Origin: Octopus sinensis
Taxonomy: Eukaryota
Direction of reading: 5' to 3'
DNA length: 64,000 nucleotides
Assembly: GCF_006345805.1 (NCBI RefSeq)
Contig: NW_021836174.1
Span: forward strand, 1-64,000
Shown: positions 1 to 11,937 of the stretch, in pieces
Layout: every line of letters starts with the position of its first letter
How positions within the stretch are numbered: position 1 is the stretch's first letter
The notes under the pieces: model-generated
Told to the model about the DNA's origin: nothing
Database searches by the model: none
The model's input: only the letters and a program-made list of their open reading frames with translations
Translations under genes and position numbers: made by a program

Positions 1-333
1 ACATGACTTTTGCAGGTGGGGCCCAGTTAGAATTTTCTTCTGGTCGAGTAACCCATCCCGCTCAAAAGGTCCCTGAAAAAGGGTTGTTTAAGGATGTTGA
101 ACGAAACACCCATGTTTCTAGAGGTGAATTATTCAAACCCCAAAGAATCTCTCTCACACACGGCTGTGATGCTCCCCCACTACTTCTGCTCGTGATCAGC
201 GATGCACATATGGTCAGCAACTAAGGGACATGCTCAACTGGTTATGGTCAAAGAACTGACAAGCAAATCTGTGGTATTGAGCAGAATATTTGCTGTAGCC
301 CATCTTTTATACCAAGACAAAACAATGTACATG
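1..333. repeat. Interspersed repeat family C, copy 1
   Basis: Homologous to 3063-3600 (inverted) and 60890-61447 (same orientation). Confidence 0.8.
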
Positions 334-334
334 A

Positions 335-393
<59 letters not shown>

Positions 394-417
394 TATTATT
401 ATTATTATTATTCAGTA

Positions 418-631
418 GTTTTATTTTTATAATGTGCTTTCATTGCACTACTGAACGAAGCTCTGTGTGCCTCTGTTATGTGCTGTTGTTTGCTGTGATG
501 CTCTTACGGTTACTGAATTGAAAGTGTTTTACGTAGGACGTGTGCTGTGCCTCGTAGTGCTATTTTCTGTATGTTATATATATTTGTTAGTCCTTGTGCT
601 TTTGTTACGTATTTGTCTGAATATTTGTTAT
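418..631 (-). mobile_element. 3' end of an RLE-type (R4/Dong-like) non-LTR element with (TAA)n tail
   Basis: NIQKIALRGTAHVLRKTLSIQ* followed by the TAA array at ~335-415. Confidence 0.65.
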
Positions 632-2845
632 CATACCTAATGCACCATACAACCTCTTTCGCTACTGCTACCAGACAGAGGAAAATTGCCTGCCCTTCCA
701 GACCAAAGGAAGGTGGCGGGTCAATCGTCACTATGGACTCGGCCGATAGCCGAATCCGTCCTACATGCGACAACTGTTCCACAAATCAATAATGCATGGA
801 CATTGGACGAGTGCGTGAAGATCGATTTCGTCGCTCTGCGCGCACCTCGGGCAGGTCCGTCTGACAGCACTTCCGTGCCTGTAGAGTTTATCTTGAACCG
901 TCAGTTCCCCCTGGTAGCAATGCCAAGCAAGGGATTTCTGGAAGTTATCCATGGTCCCAGGCTGGTCACTTCGACTTCATCAACGCCCAGCGCCTCTACA
1001 AGTGTGTCATCGCACTTTTCCACCACTAAACCTCTACAGAACTCAAGAGTGGGTGTTCCACTGACCAAGTTTCCTGCCTGGTAGAGGGCAGTGAGTGCCT
1101 GGCAACATTTCAGATGCCACTCATCCTGTCTGCGTCTCTTCTAGACCCAGGGCTGCAGCTCAGTCAAGGAGATGAGCTGGTGGAAGCCCTGTTTAACAAA
1201 CACTGACCACACCTGTTCACCGTTCAGGCAGAATATCTGGAGATGCCGCAACCTCAATGCATGTCTACGTATCATTAGCCACGGTATGCCCAGCCCTCCC
1301 CGGAGAAGGTGCTGGCAGCAGATGGACCGCCTCACCAACAGAACCTATCCCCGCCACAAGAATTTGAAGAGGAGGCTGTAAGTGTGTCTGTGTCTGTGTG
1401 TATGTTTATATTCTTATTTATGTGTGTATTTATTGGGGGGTGGGAGAGCGTTTCTCGTTTCCCCCTAGGGTGGTTAATGTTTCTTGTTGCTGGTGGTTTT
1501 GCCGGTGCTGGTACTGGTGTTGGTTGTGGTCCTCGTCCCGGCGTAGGCAGCAGTGGAGGCCTTTGACCCCTTGCACCTTTTATCCCTTGAGGGCAAAAGA
1601 CTCGCAAATGAGTACTTTCTCCACAAACGAAACAATGCAGCTTCTGCTCTCACACATTATCTGCAATACCGTCCCGTTTTGGAGACGGATGTGGTCTGGA
1701 TTACTTTTGAAGTTTTCGGGCTTGATCTGGAGAAGTGTCTCCAGATACACCCTGGACCAGTCCTCCCTGGCAGTCTTTGTCACCTCTATCGGGACGGTAT
1801 CTGACCCTTGCTCGATTACGTATCCCAGAAGCCACCACATGTCAAGTCCTGGTGGAATCCTTGGAATGCGAACACGCTCTATTCTTTTCACCATATGGGA
1901 TGGGTACATAATGACCTTGCTGGTTTTGCAAGGGGTCATTGAGTCCTTTGTAACGAGGGCTTCTGACTTAAAAAGCACCGAAATGATGCCGTATTGTCCG
2001 CCTTTCGCTACGTATTCGGCATCATCTCTGATACATCTCAGCGCAACTTCAATATCTGCTTGTGCTATTATTGCCAGTTTCTTTGTCTCTGCTGAGAAGC
2101 ATCTGAAATGAACTGTTATTTTCTCCACTGCTTCAATTGCCTCTTTTGGAATGGTTACGTTGGCCCAGGTTTGCTCATGTTTGATGAGTTTCCAGGCAAG
2201 GACCAACTTTTCCTCTTTGTTTGTGAGGTCTATGCTGTAACGTGGTCTCGTGTTTGCTGCTGGGAACGTATTGTTGTTGTTGTTGGTGGTGGTGGTGATG
2301 GTAATATTGGTATTGTTGTTTTCGTTTTAGCTTTATTGCCGTTGTTATTGTTGCTACTGCTGTTGTTACTGTTTATTGTAGTGGTGGGGTTGTAGTCACT
2401 TGTTTTGTTGCCATCATCACCGCTACCACTGCTGCTTTCAATTTCTTCTCTACCACTGCTATTATTGGTTCTGCTACTGCCGTCTGTGTTACTATCACTG
2501 CATCTGATGCTGTTATTGTTGCCGTTTTCGTTACTGCTACTGCCTGTCGTGGCGTTGAAGCCTTTGCTGCCTCCACTTCCCCCATCACTACTGTTTCTGC
2601 CATCTCTACCATCGACACTCCTGTCACTGCTGCTGTTTTTGTTGTAACTAATTTCATAAGCTTCGCGATTTTTCACATTGCTTAGGTTGCTACTGTTGTT
2701 GTTGTTCTCGCTAGGAGTGAGTGATATGAGGAGAGGAAAGTCTTCTTCTGTGGGAGGGCTGATGGGAGAGATGGGAGATATGTCAGGTTCGCTTGGGAGC
2801 TTAAACAGTTGTGGTCGATGAAAAGGTGGTAAGCGTACCAATAAT
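632..2845 (-). mobile_element. Internally deleted L1/Tx1-type LINE: ORF1 plus ORF2 C-terminus
   Basis: ORF1 remnant with CCHC knuckle CFVCGESTHLRVFC (1593-1634, after a frameshift); then LFKFLWRG...GGLGIPW, zf-RVT (CPRCAQSDE..LHALVQCP..DLW) and LVAVAKEVVW; no EN or RT core present. Confidence 0.82.
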
Positions 2846-3050
2846 TATCGGAGCCCTGAGAACAGTGAGTAAAACATTTTTGAAGTACATGGGACAAATA
2901 GGGGCTACAATAAGAGTGGAGCACTTGCAGAAAACAGCACTGCTTGGAACCGCTTTAATACTCCGGATGCTGCTCGAAAAAAAGGAGTGTTACCTTAGTT
3001 CACTGGTAATGAACAGCTGACACTGTAGTACATCTCCAGCCTTAGAAGCT
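2826..3050 (+). mobile_element. 3' end of a second RLE-type (R4/Dong-like) element
   Basis: VPIIIGALRTVSKTFLKY...LQKTALLGTALILR is a typical RLE C-terminus. Confidence 0.7.
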
Positions 3051-3062
3051 GTGCAAAGGCAA

Positions 3063-3600
3063 TAAAATTATTGTTGTTGTTGTTGTTATAAGTGCCTTGA
3101 TGCAGTACCAGGCAGTGGCTCTCATGGCTTCTGGTTTTAACTGATTGGAAGTGGTATCGTGTACATTGTTTTGTCTTTGTATAAAAGATGGGCTACAGCA
3201 AATATACTGCTCAATACCACAGATCTGCTTGTCCAGTTGTTTGACCTTAACCAATTGAGTATGTCTCTTAGTGGCTGATGATAGGTGCATCGCTGATCTT
3301 GAGCAGAAGTATTTGCGGGGAGCATCATAGCCATGTGTTGAGAGAGATTCTTTGAGGTCTGGATAATTCACCACTGGAAACATGGGTGCTTCGTTCAACA
3401 TCCATAAACAAACCTTATTCAGGGACCTTTTGTGCGGGATAGGCTACTCGACCTGAGGAAAATTCTAACTGAGCCCCCACCTGCAAGGCCATACGTTGTT
3501 TATTTTGACATGAAATCACCATGTTGCACACATATAGTTAGGATGCATGTGCCTGACGGGTAGTCATGATGAGTAATACTGGGCTTCGTATATTTGTACT
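3063..3600. repeat. Interspersed repeat family C, copy 2 (inverted)
   Basis: Reverse complement of 60890-61447. Confidence 0.8.
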
Positions 3601-3647
3601 CCTGTGTCATTTTGACGGCATGCACTGCTCTCTCACTCAATAATAAC

Positions 3648-3685
<38 letters not shown>

Positions 3686-3718
3686 CAACAACAATAATAA
3701 TAATAATAGTAATAATGA

Positions 3719-4157
3719 TTTCAAATTTTGCCACAAGGGCAGCTTGGAGGAGGGAATTAAGTCAATTTCATTGACCCCAGGGCGTAATTGGTACTTAATT
3801 AATCGACCCCCGAAAGGATGAAAGGCGAAGTCGACCTCCGCGGAATTTCAACTCAGAACGTAGCGACATGCGAAATACCGCCAAGCATTTCGCCTGGCGT
3901 CCTAACGATTCTGCCAATTCGCCACTTTAATAATAATAATAATAATAATAATCCTTTCTACTATAGGCGCAAGGCCTGAAATTTTGGGGAAAAGGGCCAG
4001 TCGATTATATCGATCTCAGTACACAACTGGTACCTAATTTATCGACCCCGAAAGAATGAAAGGCAAGGTCGACCTCGGCAGAATTTGAACTCAGAACGTA
4101 ACGGCAGACGAAATACGGCTACGCATTTCGCCCGGCGTGCTAACGATTCTGCCAACA
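3719..4157 (-). mobile_element. Two tandem tRNA-derived SINEs (family A)
   Basis: Head ggcgagctggcagaatcgttag; B-box gagttcaaattcc; core gtcgactttgcctttcatcc. Confidence 0.8.
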
Positions 4158-6610
4158 ACAAGAGCGCTCGGAGAGCACAAACCTCCGCCAAGGCAACAGC
4201 AATGTCCTCTCAACGATCAGCTGGAGATGATTTTTAAAATGAGAATATCTGAAATAATCTCGATTGCTCTCACAAACGAGAATACTAAAAATGAACCCGA
4301 CCGCTCTAAAAAATTAAGTAAAACAAAAAAAACGTAAAAATAATCTAGAATCTTTGTCAGTTCGTGCCAGTCATGAGGCGAAACATCCCTGAAAATTTCA
4401 TCCGAATCCATGCAACGGTTCTTGAGATATCTAGTCCTCCGACAAGCAAACAAACACTACTAACAACAATACCTCAGCCTTCGCTAAGGCGAAGGTAATG
4501 ATGATGATGATGATGATGATTATAATAATAATAATAATAATAATAATGATAATAATAATAATAATAATAAGGTACAGAAACCTATTTGAAAATGGTACCA
4601 GGTTTATCATCCCTGCAGGATGTGCAAAAAATCGTGTTAACTGGAACGGCTCATGTACTGAGAAGAGCATTATCGCTGTGGAAACAACATCCAGTCATGA
4701 ATTTATTTATTCATTAATTTTTTTAATACATATTTTACCTGTGAATTTGCGTGTGTAATCAGGGAATGCATACAACGAACTTCTCTACCCTAGGTGTACG
4801 GAAAACATTCGGCGAGAAACGGAAGAAAATTTGAAGGAAGGAAAAATAATAATAATAAGAAGAAGAATAACAACAACAACAACTGATTTTAATTTGCCAT
4901 TAAGGAATAGTTATACAACAATGAAAATGTGCTTAAAGTGTGGGCTTTTGATATACTAAGTATATCAAAATAGAACACACAAAGGATGAGAAGAATGGAT
5001 GAGTTAAACATTGCCAAAAAAGTATACAATGTTTAAAGACAATAAAGAAATATAATAGGAAATCGCACAACAAGGGAAACAAGATATATGTTTTAATGAG
5101 GGCAAACATCTACACTTCGATGGGAGGTGCGTACTCTTCAAATTTTGCAGGTACTGTTTAAGGTTGGTAATCAAGGAACGGTCTTTGATTTCTTGTAATA
5201 GGCAAGAAAGGGTCCATGTCCTGCTGTTTGTTGATGTGCAGCACAGAGTTAAGAGTATTTGATTCATGAACGTTGGGTCGTGAGTTCGATTTTTTTTTAA
5301 ACTCTTCCAAAACGTTCAGCATCGTCCACTTCCTTCGGAACTTTCTGTTGTTGCTGTCGATTGCGCTCTCTTTCCGTCTCAGCACAGTCTTTGCTTTAGT
5401 TTATTGTCGGAAGAAAGAGTCCCTCGGTTTCCTGGTCGACTTCTGGAACTGGGAACGAAGCGATTTCTTCCAGTAACTCCGATTTTGTGTGTAACATTGC
5501 TTGAGTAGAAGCAGAACCTCATGATCTGCCACTATTTCTGCTTCTGTTCATCTCTTGTGGGTACGCGGCCCTTAAATGATTTGCTGCTATAAATATGAGC
5601 AGTAGCTGAGCTGTTTTTTCTCAACGATCGTAAAAGCCTTTCTTTTTGCTATCTATTACAGAGTACAACGCTGTGATCGTTGTGTACACTTGTTTTCGCC
5701 TTTCGCCGTTTCCTCTGGTCTCTTGAGAACAACAACGCTTGTGACAAGCTGTCAGTGGTATTTCTGGACAGCACAACACCTGCTGTTATCTGTTGTCCTT
5801 CACGTCTCTTGAGAACAACACCTGTTTATGACCTGTTGTCGGGGTTGTCTCTTGAGGACAACACTTCTTGTCACCTATTGTTGGTGATGTCTCTACTGCT
5901 TTTTATTTGTAAGAAATCCCTTAAGTGTTCCTTACTGCCACATATATATATTAGCCGGGGTTTTATGTCCAACAATAATGCTAATATATGAAAGAAAGGT
6001 TTTGAAGGGTTTCCCTTGTATAACACTCTCGGTAATAATAGCATTTTGAAACATTTCTTTAAAAATGGGGTAATTTTGAGTAAAAAGAAAATGTTCTTTG
6101 TCCGGCTTAAATATAAAGACATGGTGAATGAAGGTTGTCAGGCCTCAACATCAAACCACTGTCATAAAGAAATAGAATGAAAGAATGAGATATAAGAATA
6201 AATAAATGACAACACAACCTTCTGTTGAAAACAAACTCAAATACTTTAACACACAAACAAGACAGTCCAGGATCAAAAACGTGTTTGCCTGGAATGATTT
6301 TCATTGTTGCAACTTCTAATTAACTCACCGTTGCAAAATTACAGACATTTAGTTTGCCAGTGTATCATTGTCTGATTTTTCATTGTTTAGCTTTCTTAAT
6401 GACACTATAGTTTTATTATATATATTTTATTCTATTTTGATACATAGTAATTTAGAAATGCAAAAGGTTGGGTAGAAGGCAGAGCAAATATGTCAGTAAA
6501 AGTTCATCTCCATACAAAATAGTCACGACGTTCTCTTGTTATGTAACATGGAGCCATCTGTTCCGTTTCTCATTTATCTTTCAAGGATGGTTGTCGACTG
6601 GAAAGAAAGT

Positions 6611-7047
6611 GGAATCTTTTCGGTTTGACCGGCAGTTTTTTAAAGTAATTTCCACGTAACTAAACACTTTTAAACTTCGTATACTGGTAGAATGCGTTTA
6701 TAAAACATCTTTTTTCTCTTGGCTTTATTGAGAAAATACTATAGTTTGTAAGATATTTGTTGTTGTTTTTTCTTCAATTTCTGCAATTTCAACCAATCAA
6801 TGACGTCTATTGAGGTGAAAACATTCTGTGCCGTATGAATATGTCCCTCGTTTAAGAAGCAGATTGGGTTTATTTACAATTCTGATGAAAAAAAAGATAC
6901 CCTTCCCCCCACCCCTAACCCTAACTAACCCTAACTCTAACCCTAAAACAGAATGAAATGCAATAGATCGATACTAGGGTCATAATTATGGGTGACAATT
7001 TCATATGACACCGCTAGAAAAGACTGCCGGTCAAACCGAAAAAATCC
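6611..7047. mobile_element. MITE with ~30-bp TIRs and internal telomere-like repeats
   Basis: TIR core ttttcggtttgaccggcagt; flanking direct repeat AGAAAGT (6604-6610 and 7048-7054); CCCTAA repeats at 6913-6946. Confidence 0.8.
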
Positions 7048-7167
7048 AGAAAGTGTTTAATCGTCGGACAAAATGCTGTTTTGGGATTCCTTTATGTTCC
7101 GAGTTCCAATCCGGACGGGCGCAAGCGACGTCCTTTGATGCCTGTTAATATTCATCATTAAGTAAGG

Positions 7168-7383
7168 CAACAAGCAGGCAGAATCGTTAGTACGTTGGGC
7201 AAAATGTTTAACAGCATCTCGTCTGCCTTTACGTCCCGAGTTCAAATTCCGCCGAGGTCGATTTTGCCTTTCATTCTTTTGGGGCTGATAAAATAAATAC
7301 CGGTTGAACACTTGGGCTGATATAATCGACTTACTCCCAGTCTCCGAAATTGCTGGCCTTGTGTCAAAATTTGAAACCAATAT
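7168..7383 (+). mobile_element. SINE family A
   Basis: Same head, B-box and core. Confidence 0.8.
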
Positions 7384-8639
7384 TCATCGTTGTCATTGTC
7401 AACCGCCGGGCATTATAGCCATGAGTCGTAGGACCCACTGAGGCCGGTTACCCAGTTTCCATGACGTATGAGTGAGCGAGAAGGCAGCACGCTTTATGAA
7501 AGAGTTACCTGGCTCTCGCAACGCTACTCGATTTCTCATATATCAGAGTGGACTGGAGCAACGTGAAGTGTTTTGCTCACAAACACAACACATCGCCCGT
7601 TCCGACAATGGAAACCACCATCTTGCGATCGTGAGTCACAAATCCACATGCCTCCATCCGGCAAATACTGAATTCAAATTTTGGCACAAGACCAGCAATG
7701 TCGGGGTAGGGAATAAGTCAGTTACATCAGCCCTAGTGTTCAACTGGTAATTATCAGAAGAAATGTCGCTAAGCCTTTTTTTTTCTTGCACGGTAACAAT
7801 TCTATCAGCTCTCCGTCAAATTTTTCGGTTGTTTTTTCGTTTTTAGAACTTTTAGTTGAATGTATCGTCCCCAGAATTATTTTTACTTGTTGCAGTTTTT
7901 AGACTGCGGCCGGCGATGCTGGGGTACCACCTTGAAGAATTCCAATTTTTAAGTAAACAAAATATATTCAATCGAAAAACATCTATATCCCTCAAAACAT
8001 CTATGTTCCTTGTGTTTTAATTACTTTCTTCGTTTTTAAAATAATTCAACTTATTTTAAAATAGTGAATACCATTCTCTTTCCTTTATAAACTTTTATTA
8101 AATTTTATTACAAGAACTCTGTATTATCGGAAATGCAGGTTTTTATAAAAGTGAAATACAAGGGTTTCTCAGAACACCCTTTAGAAAATAGTGCAGGAAC
8201 TTATTTTAAGCTTTTGATTTTGAATTGTCTCTTCGATCCATGCTCATCATTTTAAGTTTATTAACACTTCGTTATTTATTTTTCTTGATAAGATGTCATT
8301 ATATTTCAATTAACATTCTGGAATGTTCTTGTAATATTCTGAAAAATTCTTGACTGCTAGATAAACTGAGGCGTGTATAATTATGTGAACAAGCGAAAAA
8401 TTAACTTATTCAGAAAAAACATTCAGTGCGGGAAAATTTCATTGAAATTGTGAAACTCTGTAGAAAAAGGGTCGGGTTTAGAAGTTTAGGTAAATTTTGG
8501 GAAGTACACTCGCACGCGTTTCACTAAGAAAAAAGAAACCCTCGGATTTTTGCGTGGAACCAAGTACCCTGACCTCTTAATGTGTTACAAACTCGTTATT
8601 TTTGTTCGGAAAAAAGGGTTAGGGAAATCGTCAGGAAGG

Positions 8640-9110
8640 CTGAGAGGGTACTAGCATCACTCAGTAAGACCTTAGTCAGCCGCTCTCCAGCTCTCTACAC
8701 TTGGAATTTTCATCACCAGTCTGGAACCCATATCTTGCTCAGCATATAAATCTCCTGGAAACTGTTCAGAAATGTGCAACAAAACTAATACCCGCCGCCA
8801 GACATCCACCATATTCTGAACGTCTTGCATCCCTGGACATGGATACATTGGACCTCAGATGTCTGGCAACTGACTTGGTTGACACCCAGAAGATTTTTCA
8901 CCATCTTTCTAACAACAACCTTGGGCACCTTTTTGAATTCCATATGTCAAACATTCGCGGACATGCTTATAAAATCATAAAACAATACAACACCCATGAT
9001 TTTCAGAATTGCCGAAGCATAGAATAAACTTCCTGCATCAGTTGTTAGATGTCGAGACACTACATCCTTCAAAATTTCCATGTGTCCTGAAATCCGCCAG
9101 CACTACACCT
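8640..9110 (+). mobile_element. CR1-type LINE 3' fragment
   Basis: EFSSPVWNPYLAQHINLLETVQKCATKLIP...YSERL. Confidence 0.85.
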
Positions 9111-9206
9111 GATGGCCTTTTTTTATTATTTATTTAGTTGTAGTGCACCTGAGCACTGTATACAACAATCTCCTTCATCATTATATATATATACGTGCGT
9201 GCGTGC

Positions 9207-9242
<36 letters not shown>

Positions 9243-9442
9243 TGACTTTCTGTGCAACATTTTATGGTTGTTAGTCAATGTAATATCACACACCCCACTT
9301 CTGTTCCCACTCAGAGGTATCCCACACAGTGTTCAATATTATTTGGTGCATGACTTTCTCTCTTTTCTATCCATTTCTCTATCCTTCTCCTCTCCCCTCT
9401 TGTATGCAAAACCTTCCCCATCTATACCTGCATTTGTCATGA

Positions 9443-9445
<3 letters not shown>

Positions 9446-9476
<31 letters not shown>

Positions 9477-10090
9477 GGCTCAGCTTCACGAACGAAGATC
9501 AGGAAGGCTGTCCACGTCGCGTGCATGCACGCTCATGACTGACAAGTCCAATATGGGAAAGGCAGGTCCGTGAGCAGTGTCCACAGACGAAGGTAACATC
9601 CGGTGTGGTGTCAGAGGCGGCTCGCACCTTCCTCCTGCGTCTCTTGTCTTTAAGCGCGTCTCTTCTTTGTTCCTCAAACTTGCTGACTGCGTTGAAGATC
9701 GTGTGGTGCCAGACATCACGGTCCGCAGCCAGGTCTGACCAGCATTGGTGGTCAATATGACATGCTGTTAGAGACTTCTTGAGGCAATCTTTGTAGCGCT
9801 TCCTCGGAGCTCCTCTCACTCTGTGGCCGGTAGAGAGTTCGCCAAACAGGGCAATCTTTGGAAGGCGATGGTTCTCCATTCTGGTGACATGCCCTGCCCA
9901 TCGGAGGTGGGACTTCAGTAGCATGGCTTCAATGCTGGGGATCTCGGCCCTCTCCAAGACTTCAATGTTTGTGACGAAGTCACTCCAGTGAATGTTGAGG
10001 ATGGTGCGGAGACATCGCTGGTGGAAACGCTCGAGGAGACGGATGTGACTGCGGTAAGTGATCCAGGTCTCTGATAATGTTGACATTGAA
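9446..10090 (-). mobile_element. RTE-clade (BovB-like) LINE 3' fragment
   Basis: ETWITYRSHIRLLERFHQRCLR...LRWAGHVTRM...C-terminal C2H2 (CGHC...HERAC); (GAT)n tail. Confidence 0.9.
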
Positions 10091-10299
10091 ATAAATCCAC
10101 ATTTTTCATTTAAAAAATTTGAACCTGGGTTTCTACCCACTAAACAATTTTTTTTTTTTTTGCTGAGCCACTGACAAGAGTAGCACCATTAACATTCCTA
10201 CCACCACCACCACATCGTTGCGAACAACGCTATAAACTACGACAGCAACAACATCGATCAAGGAGACATTGACAAAGCAGTGTCGGATTTATGGTAGCT

Positions 10300-10370
10300 G
10301 TCAAGTAGTAGTAGTAGTAGTGGTAGTAGTAGTAGCAGTAGTAGTAGTAGTAGCAGTAGTAGTAGTGGTG

Positions 10371-10402
<32 letters not shown>

Positions 10403-11215
10403 GGTGGTGGTGACGGTAGTGGTAGTAGTAGTGGTAGTTGTTGTAGTAGTAGTATTAGTAGTTGTAGTAGTAGTAGTAACAGCAGCAGCAACAGTATCAA
10501 CCGCCACAATGCCAACTGAAGCTCGGGGGTCTCACATGATCTGGAGATCTTTCAAAATTTGAAAGAGGTCAACGTTTTGTATCAGTCAGTTAAAGAAGAA
10601 CTGAGAAGGTTCGTTGGAGAGACAACAAAACAAGGGTCTCCTTCTCCACGGTCAACTTATAGTAAAGACTGGTACAGCTGTTGTTGTTGATTACGATGAT
10701 GATGATGATAATGCTGTCACCATCGTCGTCGTCGTCACCACCACCACCTCCACCATCGTCATCATCATAGTCATTATATTCTGTTTTTGTTGCCACTTTG
10801 CGCTCCTCGTCCTCCTCTTCCTATCATCACCATCATAACCACCATTAACACCAACCTCACCAAAAGAGCTACTATCACTACTACTACTACTACTGCTGCT
10901 GCTACTGCTGCTGCTGCTCATACTACACCTACTACACCTACACCTACTACTACTACTATTACTCCTACACCTACTACTACTACTACACCTACACCTACTA
11001 CTACTATTACTCCTACACCTACTACTACTGCTGTTGCTGCTGCTACTACTACTACTACACCTACACCTACTACTACTATTACTCCTACACCAACTACTAC
11101 TGCTGTTGCTGCTGCTGCTACTACTACTACTCCTACACCTACTATTACTACTACACCTACCACTACTACTACTACAACTACTACTACACCTACTACCACT
11201 ACTACTACTACTTCT
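10300..11215. repeat. Compound trinucleotide microsatellite block (GTA/GTG, CAT/CAC, CTA/CCT)
   Basis: Directly visible in the sequence. Confidence 0.9.
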
Positions 11216-11820
11216 GTTTAGCGGTATTTCGTCTGTCGTTACGTTCTGAGTTCAAATTCCACCGAGGGTTGATAAAATAAGTTGTAGTCGAGTATTGGGA
11301 TTTATGTAATTGACTTACCCCATCCTTGAAATTGCTGGCCTTGTGCCAAATTTGGAAATCATTATTTATAGCTTTATATCTGATCTTAGATCCAATTCCA
11401 AAAGAAAAAATGAATCATAGTGTATGTTTGTGTGTGTGTGTGTGTAGAATATGTGTCCACATATGTTTGTCTTCCAAATTTCCCTATTAAAGTATTGGCC
11501 AGCCTAAGACTACACCAGAAGACACGTAGCTAGATTCCAGTACAGTGGAATTAGAACCCAACCAGAATTCCCTAGAAGGACACAGCTTTACCTAATCTAA
11601 ATTAATGCCACATCACAGTAATCCATCTCTCTCTTCTTCTCCCCCTTCTCTCTCTCTCCCTCTATCTATCTGTCTATCTATCTATTTATCTATCTTTCAT
11701 CTCTCATATGTAATTATGATGTAATTAATAAAGGTGATTAATTCTTCCATCTAATCATATTTCAGTCATATGTAATGGTATCTAAAAAATGTCTAAATAT
11801 GATTCCTTTGATTATTGTAG

Positions 11821-11937
11821 CACTTTCTGGATGTCTGGGCAACCAGTTTGCTTGTAATTCTGGTCAGTGTGTCAAGCAAGAATTCCTATGTAATGGCGTT
11901 ACCAACTGTGAAGATGAATCTGATGAACAAGTTTGCT
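11821..11937 (+). CDS. LRP2: LRP2-like exon (first seen in window), LDLa repeat
   Basis: ttgtag|CAC...TGCT|gtatgt; 117 nt, phase 1-1; GCLGNQFACNSGQCVKQEFLCNGVTNCEDESDEQVC. Confidence 0.9.

Noticed and set aside
1398-2111. 237-aa plus-strand ORF
   Set aside because: It is the antisense shadow of the LINE ORF1 and has no recognisable motifs.
3719-4157. tRNA genes
   Set aside because: The A/B-box-like heads belong to SINEs; no complete cloverleaf was seen.
4570-4758. Cys-containing ORF (GCAKNRVNWNGSC) as a possible upstream LRP2 exon
   Set aside because: It lacks LDLa/EGF cysteine spacing and the SDE motif, and starts in a microsatellite.
6913-6946. Telomere or chromosome-fusion scar
   Set aside because: Only a few degenerate units, and they lie inside a TIR element.
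10787-11221. Mucin-like Thr/Pro-rich LRP2 exon
   Set aside because: (CTA)n arrays give poly-Thr automatically; the frame ends in a stop with no convincing flanking splice sites.
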